Positions 21,120 through 30,383 of a stretch of DNA of 32,000 nucleotides are shown here, one piece after another. The stretch comes from Wolbachia endosymbiont strain TRS of Brugia malayi (GTDB lineage: Bacteria; Pseudomonadota; Alphaproteobacteria; Rickettsiales; Anaplasmataceae), in assembly GCF_000008385.1 (NCBI RefSeq), contig NC_006833.1, positions 690,001-722,000 on the forward strand, written 5' to 3'. The notes below the pieces were generated by a model, which had not been told where the DNA came from, made no database searches, and saw only the letters and a list, made by a program, of their open reading frames with translations. The position numbers and the translations under genes are program-made. The first letter of the stretch is position 1. Each line of letters opens with the position of its first letter.

Positions 21120-21815
21120 ATGGAAAATAAATTACGCGAAATAGTACTTGATACTGAAACAACCGGCCTTGACATTGAATCCGGCCATCGCATTATTGAA
21201 ATAGGATGTGTGGAATTAATCAACCGTATCCCAACAGGCAAGGTATTTCATAAGTATCTTAATCCAGAAAGAGATATACCTTACCATTCATTTAAAATTC
21301 ATGGCATTAGTGAAGAATTTTTAGAAGATAAACCGTTATTTTCGGATGTTGTATTTGAATTTCTTGATTTCATATCTGGTGATATTTTGATAATTCACAA
21401 CGCTGAATTTGATATTAAGTTCCTTAACATGGAGTTAGGCAAGTTGAACGCTAGGTTAATTTCTTCAGATAGAGTGCTAGATACATTGCCACTTGCAAGA
21501 AAGAAGTTTGTAGGGTCACCCGCTTCTTTAAGTGCATTATGTAAGCGTTTTGATATATCATTAGAGAATAGAGAATTGCACGGAGCACTAACTGATGCTG
21601 GATTGCTTGCAAAGGTGTACGTTGAACTTACAGGAGGATTACAAACTTTTCTGTTTGACAATGAATGCAAGCAAGATCATAACTCTGCATTTATTCAGCA
21701 TAAAGTGCGTAATTTAACTTGCAGAGAACATTCACCAAGTAATGAAGAAATTAATGAACATAGGAAATTGTTAGGTAAAATTGACAATCCACTTTGGAAA
21801 GAACGTATTGAATAA
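21120..21815 (+). CDS. dnaQ: DNA polymerase III epsilon subunit (3'-5' exonuclease)
   Basis: ExoI motif REIVLDTETTGLDIESGHRIIEIGCVELINRIPTGKVFHKYLNPERDIPYHSFKIHGIS; HNAEFDIKFLNMEL; HGALTDAGLLAKVYVELTGG. Confidence 0.96.
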   Translation: MENKLREIVLDTETTGLDIESGHRIIEIGCVELINRIPTGKVFHKYLNPERDIPYHSFKIHGISEEFLEDKPLFSDVVFEFLDFISGDILIIHNAEFDIKFLNMELGKLNARLISSDRVLDTLPLARKKFVGSPASLSALCKRFDISLENRELHGALTDAGLLAKVYVELTGGLQTFLFDNECKQDHNSAFIQHKVRNLTCREHSPSNEEINEHRKLLGKIDNPLWKERIE

Positions 21816-21859
21816 ATTAATTAATGAAGATATAATCTCATTTTATCCAAGGTGTTCCA

Positions 21860-22474
21860 ATGATAAAGTTTGTAAGGTTATTATCTAGTATATTAGTAGC
21901 ATTATCAGTCATTTTTCTCGGCTATTGTTATTTCACTAAAAAAGGCATATTTGCTCCAGCAGTAATTCACAACGCAGAAGTTAAAATAGGAGGAGATTTT
22001 TCTTTAATCAATCAAGATGGGCAGGTTATACGCAGTAATGATTTTAAAGATAAGTATATGATGATTTTCTTCGGGTTTTCTTCATGTAAAAAGATTTGTC
22101 CTATGAATCTTGGGATAATTTCAGAAACACTTGCAAAACTAGATGAGAAAACCAGTGACAAGCTACAAACATTTTTCATAACAGTTGACCCTGAATGCGA
22201 TAGCACAGAAAAACTCAAAGAATTTCAACAGCAATTTGACTATAGGATACAAATGTTAACTGGTGAAAGAAAAAAAATAGATGAGGTAATTGCAAATTAT
22301 AAAGTATACACTAGCAAAGTTGGTGGAGAAGAGGGAATCAATCATTCTTCAATAATATATCTCATTGGTCCTGGGGGAAAGTATGTTACACACTTTGCAG
22401 CCGATCTAAATTCGGATGAAAGTCAATCAGATAAAATTGCAGCTGAGATTAAAAAATATATAAATGAACTGTAG
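21860..22474 (+). CDS. SCO1/SenC family copper-binding/thioredoxin-like protein
   Basis: Signal/anchor, then GGDFSLINQDGQVIRSNDFKDKYMMIFFGFSSCKKICPMNLG (CxxxC) and a distal conserved His in YLIGPGGKYVTHFAAD. Confidence 0.93.
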   Translation: MIKFVRLLSSILVALSVIFLGYCYFTKKGIFAPAVIHNAEVKIGGDFSLINQDGQVIRSNDFKDKYMMIFFGFSSCKKICPMNLGIISETLAKLDEKTSDKLQTFFITVDPECDSTEKLKEFQQQFDYRIQMLTGERKKIDEVIANYKVYTSKVGGEEGINHSSIIYLIGPGGKYVTHFAADLNSDESQSDKIAAEIKKYINEL

Positions 22475-22509
22475 ATTTCTTCCGCCCGGAATAACATCAC
22501 CTGCAAATC

Positions 22510-23376
22510 GCAATTTCACGCAGATCAATTAGTGACTTCTTATCTGAGTTGTGCAATTTCGGCTTGAGGAAGATTAGTAGATTCAGTTATTAACTTGATA
22601 GATATGCTAGCTTTAAGTAGATTTTTTGCAACTTCAATCTTTCCTTCGTTGAACTCTTGTTCAAGGCAAGAAAGATAATTATCGGCATGTTTCTTAGCTT
22701 GATCACACGCAAATTGCTCTTCTTCACTTTAATTATATCTGTTCAATTCATTATAAGCTCTACTAATAATTACATCACTTCCTATTATTCTTTCTAAACT
22801 CCCTTCACTGCTCTCGCTTGCATACTTAAAGAAATAACACCGCTTTTCAACTACATTTTCTAATTGGCCCTCTTTTGTTTTTGGAAATTTCAGTAATTCT
22901 ATGAAAGTAAAACTAAAGTCCTTCAGATCATGTTCATAAGTAATCTGATCAAGAGTAACGTAACCTGATTTGTAGGCTAATTTGTTAGAGAATAGAATAA
23001 AATCAGTAATAGCAATAAAGATAACTTCTTTAAGATCTTGATATTGTTTACCTACATCAGCTTGACTTAAATAAGTTTTGGCAGTACAATATCGTGCGCG
23101 TTTTTAAAAGCTAGTGATTTTAGTGACCTGCATTTCGCAAATAAATTGAACACCTGTAGAATCCCTGTATAGTACATCGACAATACTCTCTTTTTTAGCA
23201 GCAATTCCAGGATTTTGAACGTGACTTAAAAAGTTTACATCCTTTACTTCAGCTTCACCAGTGAGACCTAGAATATCATTAAAAAAATGAATGAGAATAT
23301 CTCTATTTTTCTTAGTACTAAAGATATGATAGAACGCGAAACCATTTTTCGGATCAAAAAACTTTGAAAAAACCAC
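22510..23376 (-). pseudogene. Rpn/PD-(D/E)XK nuclease family putative transposase, degraded
   Basis: Fragment 23104-23376 MVFSKFFDPKNGFAFYHIFSTKKNRDILIHFFNDILGL...SIVDVLYRDSTGVQFICEMQV. The downstream tail in another frame reads HADNYLSCLEQEFNEGKIEVAKNLLKASISIKLITESTNL. Confidence 0.8.
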
Positions 23377-23569
23377 AGTAAACGCAATTAAGAAAATTAT
23401 ACACTATTCTGCACAAATATTCAACTTCTTTACGTTTGAAATCGTTATCTCATAGCCATTCCCAGAAGATAGGGTGTGCTAAATGGTGAAAAGTAGGCTT
23501 TTTTTTAAAGCCTTCATAATGTTTCTTTCTGCTACATTAGAATAGATACAACTTTAAGAAACTTACTAA

Positions 23570-23850
23570 AGTGAAAAAAAGGCAAAAGATATCCCGTGGT
23601 AGATAATATTTACTCTCTAATCCTGCAAATTGGCATATTACACTGTCCTAAACACTTTATAAGCAAGTTTCAACTTATATAGGTAAAAACCTAGATGTTG
23701 TGAAGGCATAAGGTACATATAGTGCAAAAAATTAAATATAAGACGCCAACTACGTAATAATTTGTCATTTAACCTGCACAGATTAAAGATAACTGAATAC
23801 CTTTAGTGCTATAGGGCTGCAAGGTTTGTCAAGTAGTTTTTTTGCATTTC
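23570..23850 (+). repeat. Dispersed direct repeat, copy A (may extend upstream to about 23495)
   Basis: Shares aaaaaaaggcaa, ctaaac.ctttataagc..gttt..cttgtat.ggtaaaaa, aaggyataaggtrcayatagtgcaaaaaattaaatat, and ggggctgcraggyttgycaagtagtttttt with 30384-30668 in the same order and orientation. Confidence 0.85.
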
Positions 23851-23916
23851 TATGAGCTATTTGGATAACATCATTTTAAGAGTATCTGTAGAACCTAAGC
23901 TACTACACCATAAAAC

Positions 23917-24216
23917 TTACTTTGGTGTGAAATTACTCGCGTAAGATTTCGGACGTCTCTTAACATCTTTTGGCATTTCAATTATATATTTAATACCGCA
24001 CTTTTCTGCATATAATACTGCTTTTTCAAGGTAATCAAATTTTAGCACAATCTGTTTTTTTGGGTTTTTTGAGCCAACCCACCCCATCAGAGGTTCAATA
24101 TAGTAAGACTCAGGCTCAATTTTTAGATACCAAAAACGCGTATTGCCCAAACCAGACTGTGTTGCAGTTCTTGTTGGTTTATAAATCCTAAAAATTATTT
24201 TACCATCAATGCCCAT
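23917..24216 (-). CDS. NADH dehydrogenase (ubiquinone) Fe-S protein 4 / ETC complex I subunit family
   Basis: FRIYKPTRTATQSGLGNTRFWYLKIEPESYYIEPLMGWVGSKNPKKQIVLKFDYLEKAVLYAEKCGIKYII matches the NDUFS4-type signature. Confidence 0.9.
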   Translation of the reverse strand: MGIDGKIIFRIYKPTRTATQSGLGNTRFWYLKIEPESYYIEPLMGWVGSKNPKKQIVLKFDYLEKAVLYAEKCGIKYIIEMPKDVKRRPKSYASNFTPK

Positions 24217-24333
24217 AGTTCTTATTAAATAAACTGAAATATATCTCTAAATAAATCCTCGCACAAGTAATTAGCACGATTTACCTTTCTCTTTATAATT
24301 GCATCAATATAGTTTTTACAAATTAAAAAATCA

Positions 24334-25014
24334 GTGTTAAATAGGAGTACAGATACAAAAAGAAAAGAAATGATTGAACTTAAAGGTCCAGAAATTTGCA
24401 CAGATAGAAGTAGGGAAAATTTGATTGTTTGTTTACATGGCCGGGGATCAAGTGGCAATAATTTCGTTCATCTCGCTAAAGTTATGAGTAAGTCTTTACC
24501 CAATTCATGTTTTGTAGCACCCAATGCTCCGTCTAAAAGAGAAATAGGCAACGGTTACCAATGGTTCAGCTTAGAAGACCGCAGTGAAGAAGTATTATAT
24601 AATGGAGTAAAGAATGCTGCATCGATAGTAAATCATTTTATTGACACGAAGTTAAAAGAGTTTAGCTTGAAAGATACACAACTTTCTTTAGTTGGATTTT
24701 CTCAAGGAGCAATGCTTGCAATACATACAGCCCTTACCCGCCCTCAGTGTTGTGCATCAGTTGTTGCATATTCTGGTAAGTTTCTTTCACCTTCAAGAGT
24801 TGCACCTAAGATTAAATCAAGACCTAACGTGTGTGTTATCCATGGCGACGCTGACAATGTGGTACCTTTCTCTTTTTTTGACTTGACGGTAAAAGCCCTA
24901 AAAGAAAATGGGGTAAATGTTGAAGGATACCCAATTCGCACACTGGGACATCTTATTAATAAAGAAGGAATAAAATTAGGTGTAGAATTTATTAAGAAAA
25001 ATTTCAAAAAATAA
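24334..25014 (+). CDS. Phospholipase/carboxylesterase family alpha/beta hydrolase
   Basis: LIVCLHGRGSSGNNFVHLAKVMSKSLPN, VGFSQGAMLAIHTAL (GxSxG), HGDADNVVPF, LGHLINKEGI. The real start may be MIELKGPE near 24370. Confidence 0.93.
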   Translation: MLNRSTDTKRKEMIELKGPEICTDRSRENLIVCLHGRGSSGNNFVHLAKVMSKSLPNSCFVAPNAPSKREIGNGYQWFSLEDRSEEVLYNGVKNAASIVNHFIDTKLKEFSLKDTQLSLVGFSQGAMLAIHTALTRPQCCASVVAYSGKFLSPSRVAPKIKSRPNVCVIHGDADNVVPFSFFDLTVKALKENGVNVEGYPIRTLGHLINKEGIKLGVEFIKKNFKK

Positions 25015-25019
25015 TTTCT

Positions 25020-25841
25020 ATGCACTTATTTTGCTTTGGTTATGGATATGTGGCTAGGTTTCTATCAAAAAAATTACTAAGTTTAAGTTGGAAAGTTAGC
25101 GGCACTTCAAGAAATCAAGACGTACATAATACCAATTTTTTTAATTATGATAAAGTAAATAAGGATACGTTTCAAGACGTAACGCATGTTTTAGTTTCTA
25201 TTCCACCAGATGGTGATGATGCGCTGGAGAGATATGGTCATTACTTTCAAAATACCAAATGGCTTGGCTATTTGTCTGCAGCTAGTGTCTATGGTGATCA
25301 TGCTGGTAACTGGGTTAAAGAAGAATCTGAAACAAAACCTATAGAAAGCAGAGGGAAAAGCCGCCTTAGAGCCGAAAAAAAGTGGCTGAATAGTAAGTTA
25401 CCTGTACACATTTTCCGCTTGACTGGAATATACGGTCCTGGTAGAAACGTACTAGTTGATTTACAGCTTAATAAAGCAAGAAATGTACAAAAAGAAGGAC
25501 ATTTTTTTTCTCGTATTCACGTTGAAGACATATCAAATATCCTGTTCTCTTCCATGCAAAATATAAAACCTGGTGAAATATACAATTGTGCAGACGATTT
25601 ACCTGCTACGCAATCCGAAGTGGTAGCATATGCAGCCGAGCTTTTGAATGTTAGCGTTCCAGAGCCAGTAGAGATTTCTTCCCTGCCTGATCATGCACAG
25701 AGTTTTTATTTAGGCTCGAAAAAAGTAAGTAATATTAAAGTCAAAAGAGATCTTGGTATCTCTCTAGTTTACCCTAACTATAAAGTGGGGTTGGAAAATC
25801 TAATTTCTAACCAACAAGCTCCTATAGAAAGAGGAGAATAA
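25020..25841 (+). CDS. NAD-dependent epimerase/dehydratase (SDR) family protein
   Basis: MHLFCFGYGYVARFLSKKLL nucleotide-binding start, GYLSAASVYGDHAGNWVKEESETKP, FRLTGIYGPGRNVLVDLQ, FSRIHVEDISNIL. Confidence 0.9.
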   Translation: MHLFCFGYGYVARFLSKKLLSLSWKVSGTSRNQDVHNTNFFNYDKVNKDTFQDVTHVLVSIPPDGDDALERYGHYFQNTKWLGYLSAASVYGDHAGNWVKEESETKPIESRGKSRLRAEKKWLNSKLPVHIFRLTGIYGPGRNVLVDLQLNKARNVQKEGHFFSRIHVEDISNILFSSMQNIKPGEIYNCADDLPATQSEVVAYAAELLNVSVPEPVEISSLPDHAQSFYLGSKKVSNIKVKRDLGISLVYPNYKVGLENLISNQQAPIERGE

Positions 25842-25864
25842 AAGTCTTTTTTCATCGACATCTT

Positions 25865-26325
25865 AATACTTTTCAGTTGATGGATGAATAAGAAAGCAAA
25901 TCCTTTGGTGCATCTCAATAATTGCCATTGATGTTTGTTCTGCCCCTTCCCCTATAACTAAAACAGCAGATGTTGCCAGTGCATCAAGAAGATTGACTTG
26001 TATCACCTTAAGTGGTTGATTATAAAGATTCGGGTTGCCTATATAAGAATAAGCGGTTCAAACCTACACCAAACAAGAGCGGTAGCTGTAACTCCACGAC
26101 GCGTAGGTGTTACGTTACTATCTGTAATCAAGATAACAAGATATTTTATGCAATGTTTTGTCTTGAGATAGTTTTCTATATCAATACAGCCACTTTTTGA
26201 ACATCTTTTAGATATAGAATGTACATTTCGTCACCATTTGACTCATCAATACCTGCAGATGGAATCAAGATATCATCTTTAATTGTCAGGTAGAGATCGT
26301 AAGGATTGTGGTTCACATCTATTAA
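25865..26325 (-). pseudogene. CofE-like (F420-0:L-glutamate ligase family; proposed folate glutamylase FolC2) remnant, N-terminus missing
   Basis: Minus-strand reading gives VLIDVNHNPYDLYLTIKDDILIPSAGIDESNGDEMYILYLKRCSKSGCIDIENYLKTKHCIKYLVILITDSNVTPTRRGVTATALVWCRFEPL / YIGNPNLYNQPLKVIQVNLLDALATSAVLVIGEGAEQTSMAII. This resembles CofE hallmarks (NAGVDESN, ISD..GRP.R.G.T..A.G..G..P, ADELA..A.LVMGE). Confidence 0.78.
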
Positions 26326-26560
26326 AACAAGAATTTAACTTGTTACAAGAAAAAACAACAGGGATAAGATCCTTTAATAAACTTTGAGGTACTGTTTCAA
26401 ATGTCTTTCTTCCCATAACAATGACTTGTTTGTCAGTTACCTGACAAAATGCTTCAACTTATTTGGATAACACCAAGGCAATTCATTATTTACTCCCATC
26501 ACCCCATTGAGATTAATAGCCATAATACCCATAATTTTTTTAACCATCATCCCTGTAAGG
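26326..26560 (-). pseudogene. folA: Dihydrofolate reductase (FolA) N-terminal remnant
   Basis: Minus strand reads IMGIMAINLNGVMGVNNELPWCYPNKLKHFVR(frameshift)VTDKQVIVMGRKTFETVPQSLLKDLIPVVFSCNK. Typical DHFR G.NG.L.W.P.....F...T.....I.MGRKTFE. Confidence 0.85.
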
Positions 26561-27345
26561 CAGCTTGAGTTACAAAAATCGCATGTGATCATGCACATTA
26601 TGCACTCAGAGGAAGATCAACCTTGTTTATAACATCGATTATGCAGAAATTGTTTCTAAATCTCGATTAAAGACAGGTTCTGTAGAAAAGGAAGAAATAA
26701 ATGACTTCCTAGAATGACCACTAAACTTTGCAGCCAAATTTTTGTAATGCCTCTATATTGGGTAAAATTGAGATATTCTGATATAGATATTTTCCAAAAC
26801 CAATGTCAGGATCAATAATTACCGAACTTTTATCAAAATCTAGAGCCAGTAGTCTTTTAATGCCCTTCTCTGCCCAATTATTTATGGTATCAGCTGGATC
26901 ATGTCACCTAAAATAATTGTATCCTTATGTAGGTAGTATGGAGAGCGAATGCATAATAACAATACCACATCTACTAGTTAGCAATTGCTTTTAAAGTGTT
27001 ATCATCTAGATCTCCTTTGATATCATTTATTCAGGTAATGTCGTAGTGTTCCAAAGTATTCAAAATAACATCTAGCCATAAACTACTAATGCTGACTTTA
27101 ATATTGTCAGCTTTCATATAGTGATAAGCTTATCAAGCACTGGTTTTAAGCATGCATGTTCTGCCTTTGGAGTCTGCATAGGAGATCCAAGTCCTGTTGA
27201 TTGAGCACCAAATTCAACTATGCTTGCATCATCAAAGTATTAGTTGCAGCGCTTGCTTCGTTGCATAATCTGCATCAAGATAAAGACCACCATCTGAAAA
27301 TGAATCAGGAGTAACATTGACGATACTTACAAGTTTTAGTAGAAG
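26561..27345 (-). pseudogene. folP: Dihydropteroate synthase (FolP) remnant, probably from a folKP fusion
   Basis: Minus-strand fragments: FDDASIVEFGAQSTGLGSPMQTP; HDPADTINNWAEKGIKRLLALDFDKSSVIIDPDIGFGKYLYQNISILPNIEALQKFGCKV / LVVILG(K/R)SFISS. Matches the DHPS ...IIDPGIGFGKT..QNL..L.....F..LG.P.LVG.SRKSF region. Confidence 0.85.
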
Positions 27346-27356
27346 CATAAAACTCT

Positions 27357-27740
27357 TTAGAAAGCAGTTTTGAGTATGAGGGATATTATGAGCAATATAT
27401 TGAATGTTTTGCTAATTACTGGAGCATTACTCCCAGAATTAAGCATTGCTATCAAGTGAAGCAAAAATGGTCTATTCATTAATTCTGGATGAGGGATCTT
27501 AAGGTAGGGCGTATCAAGTGTCAAATCATCCCGTAATAAAATATTAAAACCAATAAGACGAGGTTCCCATTTTTCATAGACCTGTAGACGGCCTGTCACA
27601 CTCAATTTGTCTTAGACCTTTTAATAGCTCTTCAGAAGAAGAACAACTTCCATACAAAACCATGTTTTAAAATGGCTTGTCCCACTCAACTGGAGCACCA
27701 CTTGGTAGAATATCCTTAATTTCCAGAATAATTAAAAATT
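27357..27740 (-). pseudogene. folK: 6-hydroxymethyl-7,8-dihydropterin pyrophosphokinase (FolK) remnant
   Basis: ORF 27357-27605 includes YEKWEPRLIGFNILLRDDLTLDTPYLKIPHPELMNRPFLLHLIAML (HPPK W.PR.ID.DILL.....L..P.L.IPHP....R.F.L). Upstream in other frames: IILEIKDILPSGAPVEWDKPF and SEELLKGLRQIECD. Confidence 0.88.
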
Positions 27741-27964
27741 TTAGATCCTTAAAACAGCCTTCCTTCAGAAGGAAGCAGCCTTTTGTAAATTAGAAAAGCG
27801 ATCCCCCTACATTTGAGCCAATAGAAATATAAACATTAGTCTATCTTTTTATTTTTGCAGTATATCACAATAAGTAAAAAGAGAACACCTACATGCACAT
27901 TTGGAACGGATGGTGCAACTTTGTGAGTAGTCACTCTTACAGAAGAAATAATATGCTTTTTTTA

Positions 27965-28150
27965 CATCAAAGGTTATTAATAATTATATACACACTACAA
28001 GTAAAATGCTCGATTAAATTGAACTGCTTGTCCTAAACGAGAGATTAAATATTCTATACTACCTGCAGATAGCAAACAGTATCCTCAAGTCGGTCAGTTG
28101 TAAGCCCAAGGAGATTTAAAGGTAAAATCAATATCAATACCAACTAACTG
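27965..28150 (-). pseudogene. Dihydroneopterin aldolase-like (FolB/FolX) remnant
   Basis: Minus strand, mixed frames: WYGAEEKFHLQLVGIDIDFTFKSPWAYN / TDRLEDTVCYLQ / YLISRLGQAVQFNLIEHF. Resembles FolB/FolX G...E......V.IDI.......A...D.L.DTVCY..L...I. Confidence 0.62.
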
Positions 28151-28349
28151 GAGATGAAATTTCTCTTCTGCACCATACCATAAATGAACCTAAAGCCATA
28201 AATTTCGGACAAGTAGGTTACACAAAGGTTTCGTATATTTAACTCCATTTCCTTATTTTATAGTTTTAAAACCCATATACCCCTGAAGTTAGCTCATTTG
28301 TTTACAAGAAGCCTTCCCTCTTATCAATGTAAAATTTTCAGCAATATGC

Positions 28350-28970
28350 ATGCACGCTTAGAGCATTCCATCAAGAAAATCTCATAAGAGTTTCACACCC
28401 TTTCTAGCACTCCGCATAATCTTGTCTTGTTCCTCCTCATCTAAATCAGCAATAAGGTTTGTAGACTCCTCAGAATGCCACTTATCAGAATCCATATGAA
28501 CAGTAAAAAATTGGAGAAGAACGCCCATCATTTATTAAATAGTGTTTTTTCAGACCTTCAATTTTAGATTTCGAAACCTTTAGAGCTTGACGTTCATAGG
28601 CATATAGAGCACCAAGGCCTATTGCAAAGTTTGATCGTACGATATCGAAGTAACCATCGACTAATTTCTTGTCTCCTTGCGTCTTCACGAAAATCAGACT
28701 GTGTAACACCAAAACCTTCAGCAAAACGTTGCCATAACTCGGGATGATTCTCATCACTTCGCTCTTCTTATATTAAACTACCAAGTAAAACCTACCGCAT
28801 TTTAAGATTTGGACACAAAGAATGTATACCACCAATATAACGAGGAAACGCAGCAACATGATGATAATACTCCTTCGCATAGACCGTAAAGCCTCAAAGC
28901 TTAAATTTCCCTCATTCCATGATTGATAAAACTGATGTTTTAATAAGTGCAAATTATCTAATTCCTTATT
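28350..28970 (-). pseudogene. CADD/PqqC-like iron-containing redox enzyme (chlamydial pABA-biosynthesis type) remnant
   Basis: Minus-strand pieces: NKELDNLHLLKHQFYQSWNEGNLSFEALR / YHHVAAFPRYIGGIHSLCP; ORF 28485-28757 GYFDIVRSNFAIGLGALYAYERQALKVSKSKIEGLKKHYLIND; FFTVHMDSDKWHSEESTNLIADLDEEEQDKIMRSARKGVKLL*DFLDGM. Confidence 0.87.
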
Positions 28971-29177
28971 AAATAACCGAATGAGTACCTAGCCCCTCCT
29001 TAATTAACACTAAAGTTACTTTAAGCTATTCACAGGCTTTTTAGATGTCAAGAGATATTATACCAGTTCTTACTATTACAAGCTTAAATCTAGCTTGTAA
29101 TTTCGATAGACATAAAAATAGGTACATAAAAAGTTGACTTTTTAATAAAGATTGACTTTTTTCAAAATTTTATATAT

Positions 29178-29713
29178 TACTAAATTAGTATGATAGGAAG
29201 TATGAAACGAAAGCAATAAAAGAAAACACAATAAAAACTAGGAAAGAGTTTATAGAAGTTCAAAACGGGATGTGGATTCAAAAGATAGTGATGTTGAACC
29301 CAAAGAGCAATGTAGATAACAGAAAGAAAAAGCATATAGTTTATTTCTCAGAACTTACATATACTTCCGCAAAAGAATCAGACGAAGATAAAAGCGAATT
29401 GAATTGAACCGCGTCGAAGCAGGTATGGATGTTCACTTCATTAATTTTCCTGGTTCTGGAAAAAGCAAAGGCCATTCTTTAAATGGGTAGATCGAGTAAA
29501 TACAGGTATCGAAGTTATTTCAGATCTTTTAAAACGAGGCATTCGTTCAGACAACATAGTGTTATATGGTAGTTGCACTGGAAGACCGACAGCTGCTGAG
29601 GTTTATAAAAAGTTTAAAGATGACAATATCCATTTAAGGTGCATTATTAATAAATCCTTCAGCTCACTTAAAAAACTTTTAGTTAATTTATTACACATAT
29701 CAAAACCTAAATA
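29178..29713 (+). pseudogene. Alpha/beta hydrolase-like gene remnant
   Basis: Plus-strand pieces in shifted frames: YDRKYETKAIKENTIKTRKEFIEVQNGMWIQKIVMLNPKSNVDNRKKKHIVYFSE; LNRVEAGMDVHFINFPGSGKSKGHSLNG*; VDRVNTGIEVISDLLKRGIRSDNIVLYGSCTGRPTAAEVYKKFKDDNIHLRCIINKSFSSLKKLLVNLLHISKPK*. Confidence 0.6.
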
Positions 29714-30383
29714 GCCATTTCCCCCTATAATAGAATTTGTACTTAAGTGTTTTGGGTAGCATTTTAAGCCACACACGACAACTAATGACATTACTCCATA
29801 CACAATTTGTTCAATTTAGAAAACGACAGACTTATAAGTCAACAGGCAGCTATAGGTGCTAAAATTGCTGATATAGAAAAAAAGACTATCAGAAAAAAGA
29901 AAAATTTTGAAGGTTTTGAACAATTACAAAGAGTTTCTCATAGAGAATACTAACTTACCTGAAATACCCAGAGCAAAAAATCCTGAACCTAAAGTTGGAG
30001 TAACAAAAAAACGCCGAATAAGTTTTTATCATTACTACCTATTAAAACAACAACATTCACTTTTTTCTAATTACAGAGTTACATTCATCAAATAAACATA
30101 ACTACACTCTCCCTAAGCTGATTTCACTCTTTTTAGAACTCACAGATAACTATTTTGAAAGGAAGGTTCACTCAATCAAGGGCATGCAAAAGAAAGACTC
30201 ACACAAGAACAAGAATCCAAAATTTATTCCAAACATATAAACTAGATGTCAGAAGTAAATATTTCAGATTCATCAAAAAAGAACTCATGCGTGACTTCTT
30301 ACATAACCCAAATTAAAATTTTAAAATTGGCGTTTTTTGTGTGCCCTTGAACTGCTTCAGCTATAAATATTAAGAAATTTATT

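Noticed and set aside
26012-26200. 62 aa plus-strand ORF MVDYKDSGCLYKNKR...
   Set aside because: Antisense to the CofE-like remnant, whose minus-strand translation is the recognisable one.
29603-29803. 66 aa minus-strand ORF MYGVMSLVVVCGLKCYPKHL...
   Set aside because: Antisense to the hydrolase-like remnant, with no motif support.
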